Source: Victivallaceae bacterium (GTDB lineage Bacteria; Verrucomicrobiota; Lentisphaeria; Victivallales; Victivallaceae). Taken from it: a stretch of 55,396 nucleotides of DNA. Shown piece after piece: positions 53,101 through 55,396 of the stretch. The position numbers were made by a program, and so were the translations under genes. The stretch covers positions 1-55,396 of the forward strand of contig JAZOSO010000129.1 of NCBI GenBank assembly GCA_045657185.1, given 5' to 3'. Numbering within the stretch: the first letter of the stretch is position 1; every line of letters starts with the position of its first letter. The notes beneath the pieces were generated by a model. The model saw only the letters and a list, made by a program, of their open reading frames with translations. It did no database searches and had not been told where the DNA came from.

Positions 53101-54708
53101 ATGGAACTTACCCGCAAGCAGATAATTCTCAACTGTGAGAAACTGGAACGGCGTTTTGCTTTGCTTGCAGGAGGCAGATTAGAGGAATATATTGTTGAAC
53201 GCGAAAATGACGATGTCAAAGTAGGCTCAATTTATCTCGGAAAAATCGTCAACCTCGAACCCTCTCTGCAAGCCGCTTTTGTTGATATAGGCGCAGATAA
53301 AAATGCTTTTCTGCACTTCTCCGATATTATTGACGGCAGTGACGATGTTATTGAACGGCAGGATGACCTTATAAAAGTTAAAAACCGTGAATCAGACCGC
53401 AAACGCTCCGCAAAACTTGAAGAAATTACAAGCGAAGCAAAAAAACGCAAAAAACACAAATTCACAGTCAACAACATACCGGAATATTTCAAACCCGGTA
53501 CCGAACTGCTCGTACAGGTCGTCAAAAGTCCGATAAGCACAAAAGGCGCACGCGTCTCCACCAATCTCTCCATTGCCGGACGCTATCTGGTAATCCTGCC
53601 GTACTCCGCACATATCGGACTTTCCAGCAAAATTGAGGACAAAGCCGAGCGTGAACGCCTCAAAAAAATTCTCAATGACCTTGAAGTTCCCGAAGGCGTA
53701 GGTCTTATCTGCCGCACTGTCGGCGAAGGCCGCAAAGCAGTATTCTTCAAACGGGATTTGAAACTTCTCCTTGATTACTGGGACAGCATTGAAGACAAAA
53801 TTTCCCGCTGTCAATCTCCGGTCTGTGTTTATCAGGAACCGAATCTCATTGAACGCACCGCCCGGGACTTTATGACAGAGGAAATCGGCGGAATTCTTGT
53901 AGATGACAAAGACGCTTACAGCATTATTCACTCTCTTTTGCGCAAGCACGGCGGTCTCCGCATGGGGGCAAAAGTCAAACGCTACTCCGGAAAAGACCCG
54001 ATTTATGAATATTACCATGTCGATAAACAACTCTCCGAACTGCTGCGCCGTGAAGTCGCCCTTCCCTCCGGAGGTTACATCTGTATTGACGAAACCGAAG
54101 CCCTTATCGCCATTGATGTAAATTCAGGAAAAGTCGGACATCACAAAAAAATCGAGCACCCCGAACTGATTTTCCGCACCAATCTTGAAGCGGCGGAAGA
54201 AATCGCCCGTCAGCTCCGCCTGCGCAATGTCGGAGGTCTGGTGGTAATTGACTTTATTGATATGCGGACACAGAAAGACCGCGAAGAAATTTATAAGGCA
54301 ATGAAAAAATTTGTCAAAGAAGACCCCGCAAAAACCAAAGTCCTGCCCATCAGCAAATTCGGTCTTATGGAAATGACCCGTCAGCGGGAACAGGAGAGCC
54401 TTTCAAGTTCAATTTTTGACCCCTGCCCTTACTGCAAAGGTTCAGGTCATGTCATGTCCGCCGAAAGTATGAGTGTCGCCATTCAGCGGCGGTTGACAGA
54501 ACTTCTCAAAGAGCCGAAATACAAAAAAATTCCTTTCCGTCTCATCATGCACCCCGATATTCTCGCCCGTCTCAAAAATGAAGACTCTCACCTTCTTTCC
54601 GATATTGAAGAAAAATACAACCACGATCTGACCTTCCGTGCAGATCCGTCCATGCACTGTGAGGAATTTAAAATTCTCGATGCAGAAACTTTACAGGAGC
54701 TTGAATAA
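53101..54708 (+). CDS. rng: Rne/Rng family ribonuclease (RNase G-like)
   Basis: 535 aa with an S1 domain (VGSIYLGKIVNLEPSLQAAFVDIG), the catalytic region ALIAIDVNSGK and GGLVVIDFIDM, and a Zn-link CPYC. Confidence 0.9.
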   Translation: MELTRKQIILNCEKLERRFALLAGGRLEEYIVERENDDVKVGSIYLGKIVNLEPSLQAAFVDIGADKNAFLHFSDIIDGSDDVIERQDDLIKVKNRESDRKRSAKLEEITSEAKKRKKHKFTVNNIPEYFKPGTELLVQVVKSPISTKGARVSTNLSIAGRYLVILPYSAHIGLSSKIEDKAERERLKKILNDLEVPEGVGLICRTVGEGRKAVFFKRDLKLLLDYWDSIEDKISRCQSPVCVYQEPNLIERTARDFMTEEIGGILVDDKDAYSIIHSLLRKHGGLRMGAKVKRYSGKDPIYEYYHVDKQLSELLRREVALPSGGYICIDETEALIAIDVNSGKVGHHKKIEHPELIFRTNLEAAEEIARQLRLRNVGGLVVIDFIDMRTQKDREEIYKAMKKFVKEDPAKTKVLPISKFGLMEMTRQREQESLSSSIFDPCPYCKGSGHVMSAESMSVAIQRRLTELLKEPKYKKIPFRLIMHPDILARLKNEDSHLLSDIEEKYNHDLTFRADPSMHCEEFKILDAETLQELE

Positions 54709-55396
54709 TGAACGATCTCAAAATCCCGCGCCATACCGCAATAATCATGGACGGCAACGGCCGTTGGGCGACCGAAAAAGGACTTCCCCGCACTGCCGGT
54801 CACAAAGCAGGTGCTGAACGCATAACATCACTGCTCCGGGCAGCAAAAAAATTCGCTATTCCGTACATTACAGTTTACGCTTTCAGTACCGAAAACTGGA
54901 AACGCCCGCAAGCAGAAGTAGATGCTTTGATGAAGCTGCTTGACCATTTCCTTGACACCTACACCTCAAAACTCATGGAGGAAAATATCCGTCTGTTCAT
55001 CATCGGCAGAATTGAAGAGCTTTCTGCTTCTTTACAGAAAAAAATTGCCGCCGTTACGGCAAAAACTGCACTTAACGACGGTTTAACTTTCACTATCGCG
55101 CTCAACTACGGCGGCAGAAGTGAAATTGCAGATGCGGCAAAAAAAATTGCCGTTGATATTCAGAACGGAAAAATTTCTTCTGCTGATATTGACGAAAATC
55201 TCTTTGGCAAATATCTCTATCAGCCCTCCCTCCCCGATGTTGATTTACTCATCCGCACCGGCGGGGAACTCAGGGTCAGCAATTTTCTTCTCTGGCAAAT
55301 TTCTTATGCAGAGCTTTATGTCACTGATTTGTATTGGCCGGACTTTGACGATGCGGCACTCCTTGATGCGATAAACGCATACAACCGCCGCGACCG
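54708..55396 (+). CDS. uppS: undecaprenyl-diphosphate synthase (cis-prenyltransferase), 3' end cut by the window edge
   Basis: Not in the ORF track because no stop lies inside the window. The ATG overlaps the rng stop (TAATG). My translation is MNDLKIPRHTAIIMDGNGRWATEKGLPRTAGHKAGAERI...YAFSTENWKRP, and the frame is open to the end of the window. Confidence 0.9.
   Translation, partial: MNDLKIPRHTAIIMDGNGRWATEKGLPRTAGHKAGAERITSLLRAAKKFAIPYITVYAFSTENWKRPQAEVDALMKLLDHFLDTYTSKLMEENIRLFIIGRIEELSASLQKKIAAVTAKTALNDGLTFTIALNYGGRSEIADAAKKIAVDIQNGKISSADIDENLFGKYLYQPSLPDVDLLIRTGGELRVSNFLLWQISYAELYVTDLYWPDFDDAALLDAINAYNRRD

Noticed and set aside
53392-54030. A 212-aa minus-strand ORF inside rng.
   Set aside because: It is antisense to a conserved RNase G-like CDS and has no motif or RBS support.
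1-55396. A search for CRISPR arrays, tRNA/rRNA genes, transposases, integrases, toxin-antitoxin pairs and known defence-system genes.
   Set aside because: I saw none. The intergenic regions are short (at most about 290 nt), contain no regularly spaced repeats or cloverleaf-like sequences, and no ORF shows DDE, tyrosine-recombinase or nuclease-NTPase defence signatures. The UvrD/PcrA helicase looks like the housekeeping enzyme.

Overview
This is a 55.4-kb, densely coding bacterial chromosomal window with about 45 protein genes. I found no rRNA, tRNA, CRISPR array, transposase or integrase. Three proteins share an [28 protein letters not shown] N-terminus and a C-terminal H-x9-DG motif. This suggests a PVC-superphylum organism, Lentisphaerota/Kiritimatiellota/Verrucomicrobiota-like (inference only). 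The housekeeping blocks are: argD-argF-mntP-DUF1015-5'nuclease (1-4.7 kb); glnA, panD and clpB (15.6-21 kb); gyrA-folP-cdaA-cdaR, trpS, a UDPGP-family enzyme, an FtsW/RodA-family gene and epmA (32.5-43.3 kb); and prc, a UvrD/PcrA helicase, purO, an SNF transporter, typA, rng and uppS (44-55.4 kb). Two accessory loci interrupt them. Each is a long minus-strand operon of secreted glycan-active enzymes that contains pseudopilin-like genes and is faced by a divergently transcribed AraC regulator. Locus 1 (4.8-15.6 kb) holds GH2, a pseudopilin, DUF4838, a PHP phosphoesterase and two unassigned secreted enzymes. Locus 2 (23.4-32.3 kb) holds a ceramidase-N-like protein, an atypical GH28-like beta-helix protein, two pseudopilins and three tandem Ig-like+SGNH esterase paralogues. 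Next to locus 2 lies a fourth, leaderless SGNH copy whose stop overlaps the start of an exported zinc-finger/DA1-like HExxH peptidase. The candidates most worth follow-up are the pseudopilin-linked glycan loci, the SGNH/DA1-like pair, a perfect sigma54 element in front of clpB, a Flp-like mini-ORF coupled to panD, and an archaeal-type purO. All promoter, terminator and family calls were made by eye from the sequence and ORF translations. No searches were run.
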